In this document: piece after piece, positions 8,542 to 17,856 of the stretch
How positions within the stretch are numbered: the first letter of the stretch is position 1
Layout of the letters: every line of letters starts with the position of its first letter
Virus record (IMG/VR): IMGVR_UViG_2928611649_000001
Span: 1-64,000 of that record
Length of the DNA stretch: 64,000 bases
From: a virus
Direction: 5' to 3' (one strand)
Program-made: the position numbers and the translations under genes
The notes under the pieces: generated by a model
What the model saw: only the letters and a program-made list of their open reading frames with translations
What the model was told of the DNA's origin: nothing
Database searches by the model: none

Positions 8542-9003
8542 TTAGCCGCGTGGCGGCGATTCGTGAAATTCGACGCCCATCTGGCCGCCAAACGCGTGAA
8601 TCTGTTCCATGTACTGGGCGAAGCCCTTGACCGTCAGGTCGGTCGAACTGCCGATCAGCACCGGCTGGCCGCCCGGGTCGAAGTCCCACTTGCGGTACTT
8701 CTCGTCCTTGCACAGCTCCGGGTCATATTCATCCGGCAGGAACTGCTGCTTGAAGTACTCGTGCCAGATTTCGGCGCTGTACTGGCGCTCGTCGCTCCAG
8801 CACTGCTCGGCGATGTCCTTTAGCGGCCCAGCCCACATACGGGCATTCTGGTCAAGCTTCCGCGCCTTCACTTCCTCGCGCACCAGCAACTCCAGCGGGC
8901 GCTCAGCATCCAGCGGCACGTTGCGGAGCAGGGCGATTGCGCGATCAACCTGCTCCTGGCCGCGCAGCAGCAACTTGCGCTGCTCGAACTTCTGGCGGGT
9001 CAA
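8542..9003 (-). CDS. ninB: NinB/Orf-family recombination mediator
   Basis: LDQNARMWAGPLKDI and IHAFGGQMGVEF align with lambda NinB (LDQNRKLWA ... IQAFGTERGVKW). Confidence 0.7.
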   Translation of the reverse strand: MTRQKFEQRKLLLRGQEQVDRAIALLRNVPLDAERPLELLVREEVKARKLDQNARMWAGPLKDIAEQCWSDERQYSAEIWHEYFKQQFLPDEYDPELCKDEKYRKWDFDPGGQPVLIGSSTDLTVKGFAQYMEQIHAFGGQMGVEFHESPPRG

Positions 9004-9031
9004 GGCGGTACTCCCGCTGTGCTGTGCGCGG

Positions 9032-9661
9032 TCATGCTGGCACCGCCTCGGCCGCCGGCTGCTTGGCCGCGTCGTACTTCTCGATGCCCCAGGCTAGTGC
9101 GTAGCAGCACCAGACGATGCTGTGCGTGTACTCGGTCATGTCGTTCTCGAACAGATCGGTGAACGTCCAGCCATACGGGCGCTTCGGGTTGCTGCGCGGA
9201 TCGTGGCAGAAGTCGTAGGCAGCGTATTGAGCGCGGTCGCCGCCGTCCTCCAGCATGCGTAATACCTCATCGTCCACCGCTTCCCAAAGTTCACGGCGCC
9301 CAGCCTTGTCGAGTGCGCCGCTTTCCTTCGCGCTGCGCATCCAGCCGATGCGGTAATCATTGATGACGCGCTTGAACTTGGCCTCATCGAACTGCTTGAC
9401 CTTGCCTCCACCCCGATTGCCATCGACAGCGATCAGCTTCTCGGTCCAGTAGCCCAGGTTGATGCTCAGCGATCCATCAGCGCGGCGCGGCTTGCGGAAG
9501 AACTCGAACATGTCCGCCGTGCGCTCGAACACGTAGGTACCCATGTCGCCTGTGTAGCAGAGGTGGCCGGGCCAGGTGATCAGGTCGAAGTACTGGTTGC
9601 TCGTGCCCGGCTCCTTGAAGCGGACGTGGCGGCCCACACCGTCGTCGCGGATCACGATCAT
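9032..9661 (-). CDS. Hypothetical phage protein
   Basis: Start trimmed to MIVIRDDG. The upstream part of the track ORF is an Arg-rich GC artefact. Confidence 0.4.
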   Translation of the reverse strand: MIVIRDDGVGRHVRFKEPGTSNQYFDLITWPGHLCYTGDMGTYVFERTADMFEFFRKPRRADGSLSINLGYWTEKLIAVDGNRGGGKVKQFDEAKFKRVINDYRIGWMRSAKESGALDKAGRRELWEAVDDEVLRMLEDGGDRAQYAAYDFCHDPRSNPKRPYGWTFTDLFENDMTEYTHSIVWCCYALAWGIEKYDAAKQPAAEAVPA

Positions 9662-9711
9662 TTCGTGCTTGGCGACGTCGCCCAGGAACTGCTCTTCGGT
9701 GCAGGCGGCGC

Positions 9712-10437
9712 TCACGGTGCCACCGGCGCCAAGTCGGCCACGTCGATCACGATGCCACGGCAGTACGGCGTGCCGTCCTCGATGATCTCGAAGGTGGCAT
9801 GCGGCACGTCGGTATGGTAGGTCCAGCTGTAGCCCGGCTCGGCCGCCCACATCGCCTCGACCTTGCGGGTCGCCGGCTCGCGCGCGAAGTAGTCCTTGAG
9901 CTCTGCGTCCTCCTCGATGTTCTCGCGCTCCGGCAGCACGCCCTTGGCGTCGATCAGCGCGGTGCCGCCGCCGTAGCAATCGAACTCGCTGTTGGTCGCT
10001 CCTCGGAACTCCATCAGGTCGTCGCTGGCGCCGAAGATCACCAGCAGGCCGGCCGCTTTGGCCTGGCCCTGCTCGTCCTTCGTCAGGCCGAACGGATATT
10101 CGCGGCCGGACAGCGATGCAGCGAGCTGGTCGCGGTACGGGCGGTGTGTGGGCGCGGCGGCTACCGGCGCCGCCAGCGCCGCCGCATCCAACTTCACGAA
10201 CGGGAACAGATCCGGAAACTTCTTGATGCGCTGGATGAAGAACGAGCCCGCCGATTCGGCAGCCTGGAACTCGGCGAACATCGCGGCGTCGACGTTCTGG
10301 TAGTGGTAGGTGTCCACCACGCCGGTTTTCTTCGGGTGGAACTGGATGGCCAGCAGGTTCAGTTCTGGCGAGTGGCCGTAGGCCGCAAACTGCGAACTGT
10401 TGACCGGCTGCATGGTGATGGATGGGGTGGCGCTCAT
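9712..10437 (-). CDS. KTSC-domain-containing phage protein
   Basis: N-terminus KTGVVDTYHYQNVDAAMFAEFQAAESAGSFFIQRIK is KTSC-like. Confidence 0.45.
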   Translation of the reverse strand: MSATPSITMQPVNSSQFAAYGHSPELNLLAIQFHPKKTGVVDTYHYQNVDAAMFAEFQAAESAGSFFIQRIKKFPDLFPFVKLDAAALAAPVAAAPTHRPYRDQLAASLSGREYPFGLTKDEQGQAKAAGLLVIFGASDDLMEFRGATNSEFDCYGGGTALIDAKGVLPERENIEEDAELKDYFAREPATRKVEAMWAAEPGYSWTYHTDVPHATFEIIEDGTPYCRGIVIDVADLAPVAP

Positions 10438-10461
10438 GGTGATCTCCTGGTGGTGGGCGGA

Positions 10462-11919
10462 TTAGGCGGCGTACTTGACGCGGACAGTGTCGACGTGGCG
10501 TTGGATGGCAGCGCAGATGCGCGGGAAGTCGGCGTCGTGATACAACTTGGCGGCCCTGTCGGTGTCCGCTGGCGCGAAGCCGAGCGACAGCAGGCCGTCG
10601 GCGCTGATTGCCAGCGGAGCGATGCGCTCGTTGATCTGGCCGAGGCGCAGCGTGGGCGGCGTGTACTCGGCATCGACCACGTCATCAGCCGGGGCTACAT
10701 CAGCGAACAGGCCGGCGGACACTAAATCAGTGGCGAGGTCAGCCAGGCGGCCATGATCGGCCAGCGCTGCGGCCTGGCCATCGGCAACCACGTTCGCCGC
10801 TGCCGCGCTGGCGGCGCTCGCGTTCGCCGCGGCAATCGCTGCTTCGCGGGTGGCGGCCTGCTGCTGGCCGGCGGCGCGCTCGTTGGCTTGGCGCTCGGCG
10901 GTGATGGTGGCCTGCTGCGCTTCCATCTGGCGTTTCGTCTCGGCAGCGACGCGGGCCTGCTCAGTGGCTTCGCGCTCGGCTTGGGCTGCGGCCTGCTGGG
11001 TGGCCAGTTCGGCGCGCTGGCGGTCGATCTCAGCTTGCGCCAGACGATTGGCCTCGGCCTGGGCGTCAGCCTCAGCCTTCAGCTTTGCGGCTGCGGCCTC
11101 ACGTTCCCGCAGTGCTGCGGCTTCCTGTTCGGCGGCCAGCGCGGCCAGACGGTCAGCTTCGGATTTCTGCTCGGCGGCGACGCGGTCGGCCTCCACTTGT
11201 GTCAGGCGGGCACGTTCGGCGGCGGCTTCGCGCAACTGGGCCAACTCGGCGCGCTCGGCCGCGATGCGGGCCGCTTCTTCTTCGCTACCCAGCGCGGCGG
11301 CGCGGGCGGCAGCCAACTTGGTCATCACCTCGGTGCGCGCCGTCAGCGCTGCATCCAACATGGTGCCGAACGACTCGCCCGGCACGTCGGTTTCTAATTC
11401 GGCGATCATGGCGGCTATGTCGGCAGAGGACTTGCCGACGGCTTCCAGCGGCAGCTCGCGGATGGCGACGATGCGCAGGCGGATGCGCTCCTGGCGCTCG
11501 ACTTCGGCCTTCTTCAGGTCATCCTTGCGCTTCTCCTCGGCCTTGATGGCGGCGTCGAACTTGGCTTCGTACGGCAAGACTGCGGTTTTCAGCTCGGCGT
11601 ATGAGGTGTCCAGGAGCTTGCCGATTTCCAGAATCGGGGCCTTGCGGACTACACGGGCCTTCTCGCCAGCTACCCGCACATCGTCGCGGAAGGCGGCGCG
11701 GTACTTGACCGCGATCTCCATGCCGGCCGTGGTGCTGGCGTCCGGCGTGATCGTGTCGGCCTCGGCCTTCAGGATGGCGAACTTTTCGTTGAAGGGCTTG
11801 AAGACCTCGGCGACGTACTTGGCCGGGTCCAGGGTGATCAGCTGGCTGGTCGCCGGTACGACGCCGGATTGGGTTGCGACGGCGCCGACTGCTTCGTTTT
11901 CTGCGGGATGGTTGTTCAT
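10462..11919 (-). CDS. Coiled-coil phage protein (Ala/Glu/Gln-rich central region)
   Basis: 485 aa. Globular N- and C-terminal regions flank a ~200-aa AEQ-rich coiled coil. It is adjacent to the RecT/exonuclease module. Confidence 0.45.
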   Translation of the reverse strand: MNNHPAENEAVGAVATQSGVVPATSQLITLDPAKYVAEVFKPFNEKFAILKAEADTITPDASTTAGMEIAVKYRAAFRDDVRVAGEKARVVRKAPILEIGKLLDTSYAELKTAVLPYEAKFDAAIKAEEKRKDDLKKAEVERQERIRLRIVAIRELPLEAVGKSSADIAAMIAELETDVPGESFGTMLDAALTARTEVMTKLAAARAAALGSEEEAARIAAERAELAQLREAAAERARLTQVEADRVAAEQKSEADRLAALAAEQEAAALREREAAAAKLKAEADAQAEANRLAQAEIDRQRAELATQQAAAQAEREATEQARVAAETKRQMEAQQATITAERQANERAAGQQQAATREAAIAAANASAASAAAANVVADGQAAALADHGRLADLATDLVSAGLFADVAPADDVVDAEYTPPTLRLGQINERIAPLAISADGLLSLGFAPADTDRAAKLYHDADFPRICAAIQRHVDTVRVKYAA

Positions 11920-12686
11920 GCTGCTTCCTTCATTCGTAAGAGCGTTTCGTTGTAGGTAACCAATTTTTCAAACTCGGCCAGTTCTTCGACCATCTGGTCG
12001 ATGTACTCGTCGTCGCGCTGGAAGGTGCGCAGCCAGAGGTGCTTGTCGATGATTTCCAGGGCGGGGCAGTACAGGCAGAAGTCCCACCACCGGCGCCCGG
12101 TGATCCACATGCAGCCCTGCACCTGGTCCATGAACTCGCTGGCGTCGTTCTCGATGTATATCCGCTGCAGCCGCTCCGGTGAGATCAGGCACTTATATTC
12201 GCTGCCACCGTCGCGCCCGACCAGCCCGTCGGCGCTGGCGCCGAACAGTCGATCCTCGGTGATGACGAATCCGGCGCGCTCCACCATGTGACCACTGGCA
12301 ATCTCGTGTTCCCGGCGCGCCGCTGGCTCCAGTTCGTGGCCGCGCCGCATGGCGTAGGTTTCGAAGCTCTCATCCAGGGGCATGCCACTGATCCGCTCGA
12401 TGGCCAGGCGGAATGCGTAGGCCTTGGCTGCTTCCGAGAAATCGCCGACCGGCAGCCCCTCGATGGCGCGCTGAATACACTCGGCCTTCGGTGTTGCGCG
12501 GTAGCCGGCAATCTCACGTGCGTAGCCCTCGCTCATGCCTTGCCGGATCGCCGTGACGTACGCCTGCTGCTTTTCGTCCAGGCCGCCGGTACGCGAGCGG
12601 GCCACCACGAACATGCTGGCGGTGATCACGCCGGCGCGGGCCTGGTGCCATTCAGCTGAACCCTGGTCGCAGTTCAGGACGATCAT
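11916..12686 (-). CDS. YqaJ-type viral recombination exonuclease (PD-(D/E)xK)
   Basis: CDQGSAEWHQARAGVITASMF matches the YqaJ domain signature. Directly downstream of recT. Confidence 0.7.
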   Translation of the reverse strand: MIVLNCDQGSAEWHQARAGVITASMFVVARSRTGGLDEKQQAYVTAIRQGMSEGYAREIAGYRATPKAECIQRAIEGLPVGDFSEAAKAYAFRLAIERISGMPLDESFETYAMRRGHELEPAARREHEIASGHMVERAGFVITEDRLFGASADGLVGRDGGSEYKCLISPERLQRIYIENDASEFMDQVQGCMWITGRRWWDFCLYCPALEIIDKHLWLRTFQRDDEYIDQMVEELAEFEKLVTYNETLLRMKEAA

Positions 12687-13819
12687 TGGGCGGCTCCGGC
12701 GGCCTCGGCGCGCGCCTTCAGGGTTGGGTAGTGCTCAGCCAGGCCATCCTGCGTGGCCGGCGACAGGCGGCCCCATGCATCATTGAACAGGTCCAGCCCT
12801 TCGTCGGCCAGCGCGCTGAAGTCCGCCAAGATCGCTTGCATGTCCTCCGACAGTGGACGGGCGGCGCCGGCGGTTGGCTCGGCGTCGAAGGTGCGCGCTT
12901 GGTCGGCGGCGTTGGCGTCAGCCTTCCATCCGTCGTGGAATGCGGCCAGGGCCTTGCGGTTCGGCGTGCCGGCCTCGGTCCAGAATTTCTGGTATGCGGC
13001 GACGCCCTTGGAGGCGGCCATCTTTGCCTGCTTGATCAATTCATCTGATGCTTCTGGCGCTGGCGCGGCGCTGGCGATTTGTTTGGCTGCCGGCGTGATA
13101 TCGCGGATTTCCCGGTTGACTTCTTCCAACTCGTCAGGGGTGTAGACGCCCAGAATCACGTCCGGCGCATACAGGCGACTCCAGCGCTTGACCGCCAGAT
13201 ATCCCAGTTGCTGCTTCGGGTCGGTCGCCCACAACGGAGAGTTGCGCACGCTGGCCTGCACCAGCAGCAACTCCAGGTAGCGTGGCTCGGTCTCGCCGCG
13301 CAGGGTTGCCCACACGCGCACGCCGCAGCCGTCCTCGGCGCGCATGTCGTAGTCGGGCACACGGTACTGGTAGGCTTTTTTATAATCCTTGTCGCCGTAT
13401 TTACCCTTGGCTGGCGCGTCCATGACCTTGGTTTTGCCGATGATCTTTTCCCATGGGCCATACCACTCGTAATTGAAGCGATCGAGTGTGACGCCGCTGG
13501 CTTGAATCGCAGCATTCACCAGCTGCGCCTCGTAGCCCAGCGTGCCGTTGACCAGGTGGGTTTTCTGCGCCACGGCGTATGGATTCATGCGCCATTGCAT
13601 TGCCTGCATGACGATGGCGGCGCAGTCGGCTGGACTGCCTTTCAAGTGGTCTGGTATGGTCGTGCGCGCCTTGGCCATGTGGTCGCCCAGACGCATAATG
13701 CTGTCCATGCTGGCGCCGTCGAGGATCAGCGACGCGCTGCTGGTGGCGACCATCGGCATATCGGCTGCCGGCGGCGCCAACTGCATGGCGGACTGCGATT
13801 CTTTGGTGACTGCATTCAT
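12683..13819 (-). CDS. recT: RecT-family ssDNA annealing recombinase
   Basis: QAMQWRMNPYAVAQKTHLVNGTLGYEAQL is a RecT core motif. Paired with the YqaJ exonuclease. Confidence 0.75.
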   Translation of the reverse strand: MNAVTKESQSAMQLAPPAADMPMVATSSASLILDGASMDSIMRLGDHMAKARTTIPDHLKGSPADCAAIVMQAMQWRMNPYAVAQKTHLVNGTLGYEAQLVNAAIQASGVTLDRFNYEWYGPWEKIIGKTKVMDAPAKGKYGDKDYKKAYQYRVPDYDMRAEDGCGVRVWATLRGETEPRYLELLLVQASVRNSPLWATDPKQQLGYLAVKRWSRLYAPDVILGVYTPDELEEVNREIRDITPAAKQIASAAPAPEASDELIKQAKMAASKGVAAYQKFWTEAGTPNRKALAAFHDGWKADANAADQARTFDAEPTAGAARPLSEDMQAILADFSALADEGLDLFNDAWGRLSPATQDGLAEHYPTLKARAEAAGAAQ

Positions 13820-13932
13820 CGTATTCTCCGTTGGAACTTCGTTATTTCTGCATCGAGCAGGGCAAGTCGTAAAGCGTGTTGCGGGCGGTGGCCGGCACGC
13901 AGGTTGCGCAGCGTGGCGCCGGCCAGTTGGGC

Positions 13933-14052
13933 GATGGCTGCTGTCAAGGCGGCACCTGCGCGTCGCGGCAGGCGCTCTCGGCGTCCGCGTGGGCCATGTA
14001 GGCGTAGCTGGCGCCGACGAACAGCAGCATCGCGGCGACGGTCAACCAATCA
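13933..14052 (-). CDS. Small membrane protein (39 aa MRLRDWLTVAAMLLFVGASYAYMAHADAESACRDAQVPP)
   Basis: GGAGG RBS 7 nt upstream. Not in the ORF track. Confidence 0.3.
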
Positions 14053-14274
14053 CGTAGCCGCATGGTCACCTCCTTGATCGGCCTGCTGGTGTTGCCCTGC
14101 GCGGTCGCGGCGCGCCTGCATCACCTTCCCCAGTTCGATATCACGCTGGACGCGGCCGACACCCAGGCCCTCCAGCGCGATCTCCATCAGGCGCAGTTGG
14201 CGCGTCACGCGGTGGTTTGGTTCGCGGCAGAGACGGATGATCTTGTACAGAGCTTTTTGGGCATTGGTGGTCAT
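14050..14274 (-). CDS. Small hypothetical protein (MTTNAQKALYKIIRLCREPNHRVTRQL...)
   Basis: C-terminal 74 aa of the track ORF 14050..14595. GGAG RBS before the internal ATG. The upstream part is a GC artefact. Confidence 0.35.
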   Translation of the reverse strand: MTTNAQKALYKIIRLCREPNHRVTRQLRLMEIALEGLGVGRVQRDIELGKVMQARRDRAGQHQQADQGGDHAAT

Positions 14275-14407
14275 GGCATCTCCACTGGTGGGATTGCAAG
14301 GTCGACCAGCCACTGGGCCAGCAGGACCAGCAGGCAGACGGAGCCCAGCATCAGGCGAGGGTGGCGGCTGGTCCAGCAGCCTGGCGCGCCGAAGAGGAGG
14401 CGGGCGA

Positions 14408-14641
14408 TCACGGCGCAACTCCTTCACGGCTGACCAGCTTCGGCGCCGGCGCGTTGCGGTTCGTGCGCTCGATCTCGCGCAGGGCGTAGGTGCTGCCCGT
14501 GGCGATGCGGTCGCTGGCGTCCAGGTTGCCGCCGGTGATTGCGCCCAGCAGGCCGCTGTCCTGGTACTCGTAGTCCATCGCGGCGAAGACGGCAAGGCGC
14601 GAGTCGCGGCCGGCGGTCATGTGGTTGGCGGCGGTGTTCAT
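14408..14641 (-). CDS. Hypothetical protein (MNTAANHMTAGRDSRLAVFAAMDYEYQDSGLLGAITGG...)
   Basis: ATGA start overlaps the stop of the radical SAM gene. Confidence 0.35.
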   Translation of the reverse strand: MNTAANHMTAGRDSRLAVFAAMDYEYQDSGLLGAITGGNLDASDRIATGSTYALREIERTNRNAPAPKLVSREGVAP

Positions 14642-15579
14642 GCGGCGCTTTCCACTTCGCGAGGCGCATGCACGATTGGGAATGTGCGGCCGACGCTCGG
14701 GCGGGCCAGTTCCGGGTTGTTGCGCATCCAATCCTGTACAAACCACAGTTGACCGCAACCGCCGCCGATGTCGTCCTGGCCGGCCGGATCAAAGCAGCGG
14801 GTCGAGTAGCCGTAGGCGCCGAGCTTGCCCATGAAGTCGGTGGCCAGTTGGCGCTGGCGCACGTTCGCCGCCGCAACCGATTCATCGCGCTCACAGACCA
14901 CGGAGATGGTCGCCTGCCAGACATCCGGATCGAACATCGCATAGATGCGGTCGGCGTCGGCCTGAACCGTGTTGCCTTCGTGCGCGCGGTAGTTGAAGAA
15001 TGGCTGGCGCCCAGTAGCTACGAACCAGGCTTCGCCGGCCGCCGCGATCTGATGCAGGTTCAGCTTTGCCTTGAACGGCACCAGTGCGTCACGCGCAGCA
15101 TCGGTGCTTTCGTGCACGGAGAACTGGAGGCCAACAGCAGGCACCTCGACCGACAGTGCATTCACGCGCTCATAGTCCACGGCCGGCGCCGAGGTGCTGA
15201 TCAACAGCGAGAAGCGCGGGTACAACGCATGCAGCTGGCGGATGGCGTCGGCCAGGTGACCGAAGTTCAGCAGCGGCTCACCCATCGACATGAACATGAT
15301 CTGGCATTTCTCAACCTTGGCTGGGTCGATGTCGCGGTCGGCGAACAGGTGCTGAACCTGGCCAACGATCTCGTCGGCGGTCAGACTGCGCACGAACGCA
15401 TCGCCAGCGCCACAGAAACGGCAGCCGACAGGACAGCCGCTTTGCGTCGAGCAGCAGATGACGGTGCGTGCCTCGTAGGTCGGGTATTTGTACAGCACGG
15501 CTTCGGCGACGGCATTGCCGAAATCGAACACGTACTTGCTGACGTTCTGGTCGGTGGAATCGATGCGCTTCACTGCCAT
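14638..15579 (-). CDS. Radical SAM enzyme, RlmN/Cfr-like RNA methyltransferase family
   Basis: CSTQSGCPVGCRFC is a CX3CX2C cluster. IMFMSMGEPLLN matches the RlmN (V/I)FMGMGEPL block. The C-terminal GGGCGQL matches the RlmN second catalytic Cys (AACGQL). Start trimmed to MAVKRIDS with a GGAGA RBS. Confidence 0.65.
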   Translation of the reverse strand: MAVKRIDSTDQNVSKYVFDFGNAVAEAVLYKYPTYEARTVICCSTQSGCPVGCRFCGAGDAFVRSLTADEIVGQVQHLFADRDIDPAKVEKCQIMFMSMGEPLLNFGHLADAIRQLHALYPRFSLLISTSAPAVDYERVNALSVEVPAVGLQFSVHESTDAARDALVPFKAKLNLHQIAAAGEAWFVATGRQPFFNYRAHEGNTVQADADRIYAMFDPDVWQATISVVCERDESVAAANVRQRQLATDFMGKLGAYGYSTRCFDPAGQDDIGGGCGQLWFVQDWMRNNPELARPSVGRTFPIVHAPREVESAA

Positions 15580-15939
15580 GATGATCTCCTGTTGACTTCG
15601 TTGTTGGGGAGCGCGTAGGCCGCTCGCTGCCTGTGGTGTCCGGGCTACTTTCACTTTTACAGACTTGCCCGCTCAGCTTCACGGGGATTTCCGGGTCCGG
15701 GATCAGCTGGCCAGATTCAGTCATGCGGAAACCAACAGGGGAGGCGGCTAGCATGTGCGGTGCCGTATGTACGGCGCTGGCTCTGCGCTTTTGCTCGACC
15801 AGCTACAACCGGCCGCCTCCACTCTTGGCCCTGCGCTCACCTGGCGCAGCTCAGGGACCATGCTGATGTCTCAGGGCGCTTTTCGGGACGCCATTCCTGT
15901 ACCGGCTTGCCTACGGCGCCGGCCGACCGCTGTTTCTCG

Positions 15940-16323
15940 TTACGCGCCGCCGCGCATCCACTCGACGGCGATCATCTGCCGGCGGTTGCGCGCCCGGCAC
16001 TGCTCCGGATCAGCGCTGGCCGCGCGCTGCGCTGCCACGACCTGGGCCTCGGCCTCCTCGTCAGCCTGGCGCCGGGCCACCGCCAGCACTGCGTCACGGA
16101 AGGCGAGGCCGGTCAATTCCGCCGACGAGGTGAATGCTGCAATCAGCAGGGCGGCCAGTTGGCCGTTGTTCGCCAACTCCTCCAGCAGCCCGTTGGACAG
16201 GTCGCGGGTTGCGTCCTTGTCGCCGGCGATGACCGCGGCGCGGCGGCGCTGGAAGATGCTGGTGGACAGCTGCACCACGTAGCCGGCACAAACTTCCGCG
16301 CGCTCTTGAGCGTCCTGTTTCAT
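15940..16323 (-). CDS. Hypothetical protein
   Basis: 127-aa ORF. Its ATG overlaps the stop of the upstream small ORF (ATGA). Confidence 0.4.
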   Translation of the reverse strand: MKQDAQERAEVCAGYVVQLSTSIFQRRRAAVIAGDKDATRDLSNGLLEELANNGQLAALLIAAFTSSAELTGLAFRDAVLAVARRQADEEAEAQVVAAQRAASADPEQCRARNRRQMIAVEWMRGGA

Positions 16324-16470
16324 AGCTTGCTAACTGCGTTGTTGGGCAGAAGCTTCCAGCCAAGTTGGCTGCGGATTTCGGCCAACTCTGGCGGCGGCAG
16401 GCGCGACAGCGTGCGCTGCTGAAGCCACAGGCGGGTCTGTTGCTTGCTCGGGTGTGTGGTATGCGTCATG
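16320..16470 (-). CDS. Small conserved protein (49 aa, MTHTTHPSKQQTRLWLQQRTLSRLPPPELAEIRSQLGWKLLPNNAVSKL), paralog of 38572..38733
   Basis: GGAG RBS. It is homologous to a second copy elsewhere in the prophage. It lies immediately downstream of VR2. Confidence 0.45.
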
Positions 16471-16501
16471 ACTGGCTCCGGATCAGTTTTAAATTACTGA
16501 A

Positions 16502-17134
16502 TTACTGAATTGGCAATCTGCGGACGGCGCGCGCGGCGCCGGCATACGACTTGTGGTCGTTGCCCTGGCCGCCATTGTCGAAGACCTGGCCCCAAGCGCC
16601 AGCCGGGTAGTCGGCGTGCTGCGTGCTCGACCAGTACCACTCGTCGTCATCGAAGGCATCAGCGCCGCCGGCGCGGAAATTCTCGACCGTGGTCTGCATC
16701 GGTGATTCATCGGTGTAGGCGGTGCCCACTGGCAGGCTGCCCGGGTTCACGCCATCGATGCCATCGGCGTAGTTCTCGCGGTCGGTCGGTTTCAGGTGGC
16801 GGTATTGCAGCTCCTGCTGGTCGCGCGCCGGGATTGACCAGTCGCTGAAGCCGTTAGTCGTCAGCGCCAGGACGGCCAGCGCCAGTTCGCTGCCGGCGGC
16901 GGCCATGGCTTGGGTGTTCGACAGGCCGTCGGTGCGGCTCATGGCGCCAGCAACCAGGTCCAGCGACTCGTTCCATTTGCCGCGCAGCTCACCGGTAGCG
17001 CCGGCCGTGACGTTCGCGAACATCTGCCCGTTCTCGATCGTGATGCCGGTGAAGTAGCCGCCTTCGAGCGGTGCGCCGATGGCGGGGAGGGCGGAAGCTG
17101 CGAAGACTGGTGCTGCGGCGAGTGCTTGGTTCAT
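16502..17134 (-). CDS. DGR target protein 2 (DUF1566/C-type-lectin-like), VR at its 3' end
   Basis: 210 aa. WSIPARDQQELQY...EWYWSSTQHADYPAGAWGQVFDNGGQGNDHKSYAGAARAVRRLPIQ shares the C-terminal scaffold with target 1. Confidence 0.65.
   Translation of the reverse strand: MNQALAAAPVFAASALPAIGAPLEGGYFTGITIENGQMFANVTAGATGELRGKWNESLDLVAGAMSRTDGLSNTQAMAAAGSELALAVLALTTNGFSDWSIPARDQQELQYRHLKPTDRENYADGIDGVNPGSLPVGTAYTDESPMQTTVENFRAGGADAFDDDEWYWSSTQHADYPAGAWGQVFDNGGQGNDHKSYAGAARAVRRLPIQ
16516..16624 (-). repeat. DGR variable repeat VR2 (remote, ~9 kb from the TR)
   Basis: 12 mismatches to TR, all at TR adenines. Confidence 0.8.
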
Positions 17135-17856
17135 GAACGGCTCCTGTGGGTTATGGGGTGCTTCAGTGGCAAAGCCCGCTCGTGGCGGGCAGGGATCAGT
17201 CTTGCGGCGGGGTTCGCTCGGCGGTCCAGACGGAGTGGACGATGAGCGCGATGCCGGCAGCGGCGATCAAGGCAAGGGCGTAACCCATGGCGATCAGCCC
17301 AACGAAGCCGGAACGGCCACGGTCGAGAAGTCGAAGGCTGGTGCTGGACCGGCTACTGCTGCGAGTGCTGCGAGTTCTGCTGGGTTCATCGTGTTCTCCG
17401 TCGTGGTTGGTGTGTCGATGGAAAACAGTTTAGCAAACACTAAATCAGAACGTCAAGCAAATACTAAACTTTGTGATAAAATAATTTCGTCGTGTGAATT
17501 TTGCGACCGCCCACCGGGAAGATCAGAAACCGGCGGTGCTTTTTTCTCGCGCGTTTGCGTGGGTAGAGTTGACTTGTAGTGCTGTGTGGTAATAGTTTGC
17601 TGTGGTTGTATAAAAAACATAAAACCAAGCAGGGGATAAAAACACAGTTCATTGCGAAGCAATGGACGCCGCGCGGCGAGCGCATGTGTGATTGATTAGA
17701 TAAATGATGAGTCGTCGTGTAAGCAACCAACTTCAAGCTTTAGCTACTACGCGGGCGAATACCATAAAACAGAGTTTGCGTGGAAAAAGATACGACGTTT
17801 TGTAGACGATTTTTGAAGTGAAAGGCCGCTTGGCGGTCGCCCATCCTGGGCAAAAA

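Noticed and set aside
10850-11959. Many long ORFs on the strand opposite to, or in alternate frames of, real genes (e.g. 275..895, 10850..11959, 27515..28576, 43996..45540, 57724..60387, 61018..62538).
   Set aside because: They are Ala/Arg/Pro/Gly-rich with no start context, typical of shadow ORFs in 66% GC DNA. Each overlaps a well-supported gene on the other strand.
14424-14942. 172-aa and 147-aa ORFs (14424..14942, 15311..15754) overlapping the radical SAM gene.
   Set aside because: Alternate-frame artefacts. The rSAM frame has conserved motifs throughout.
15640-15940. 300-bp gap between the rSAM gene and ORF 15940..16323 examined for an sRNA or small gene.
   Set aside because: Only a short hairpin (CTGCGCCAGGTGAGCGCAG) and weak ORFs without an RBS. 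Nothing supportable.
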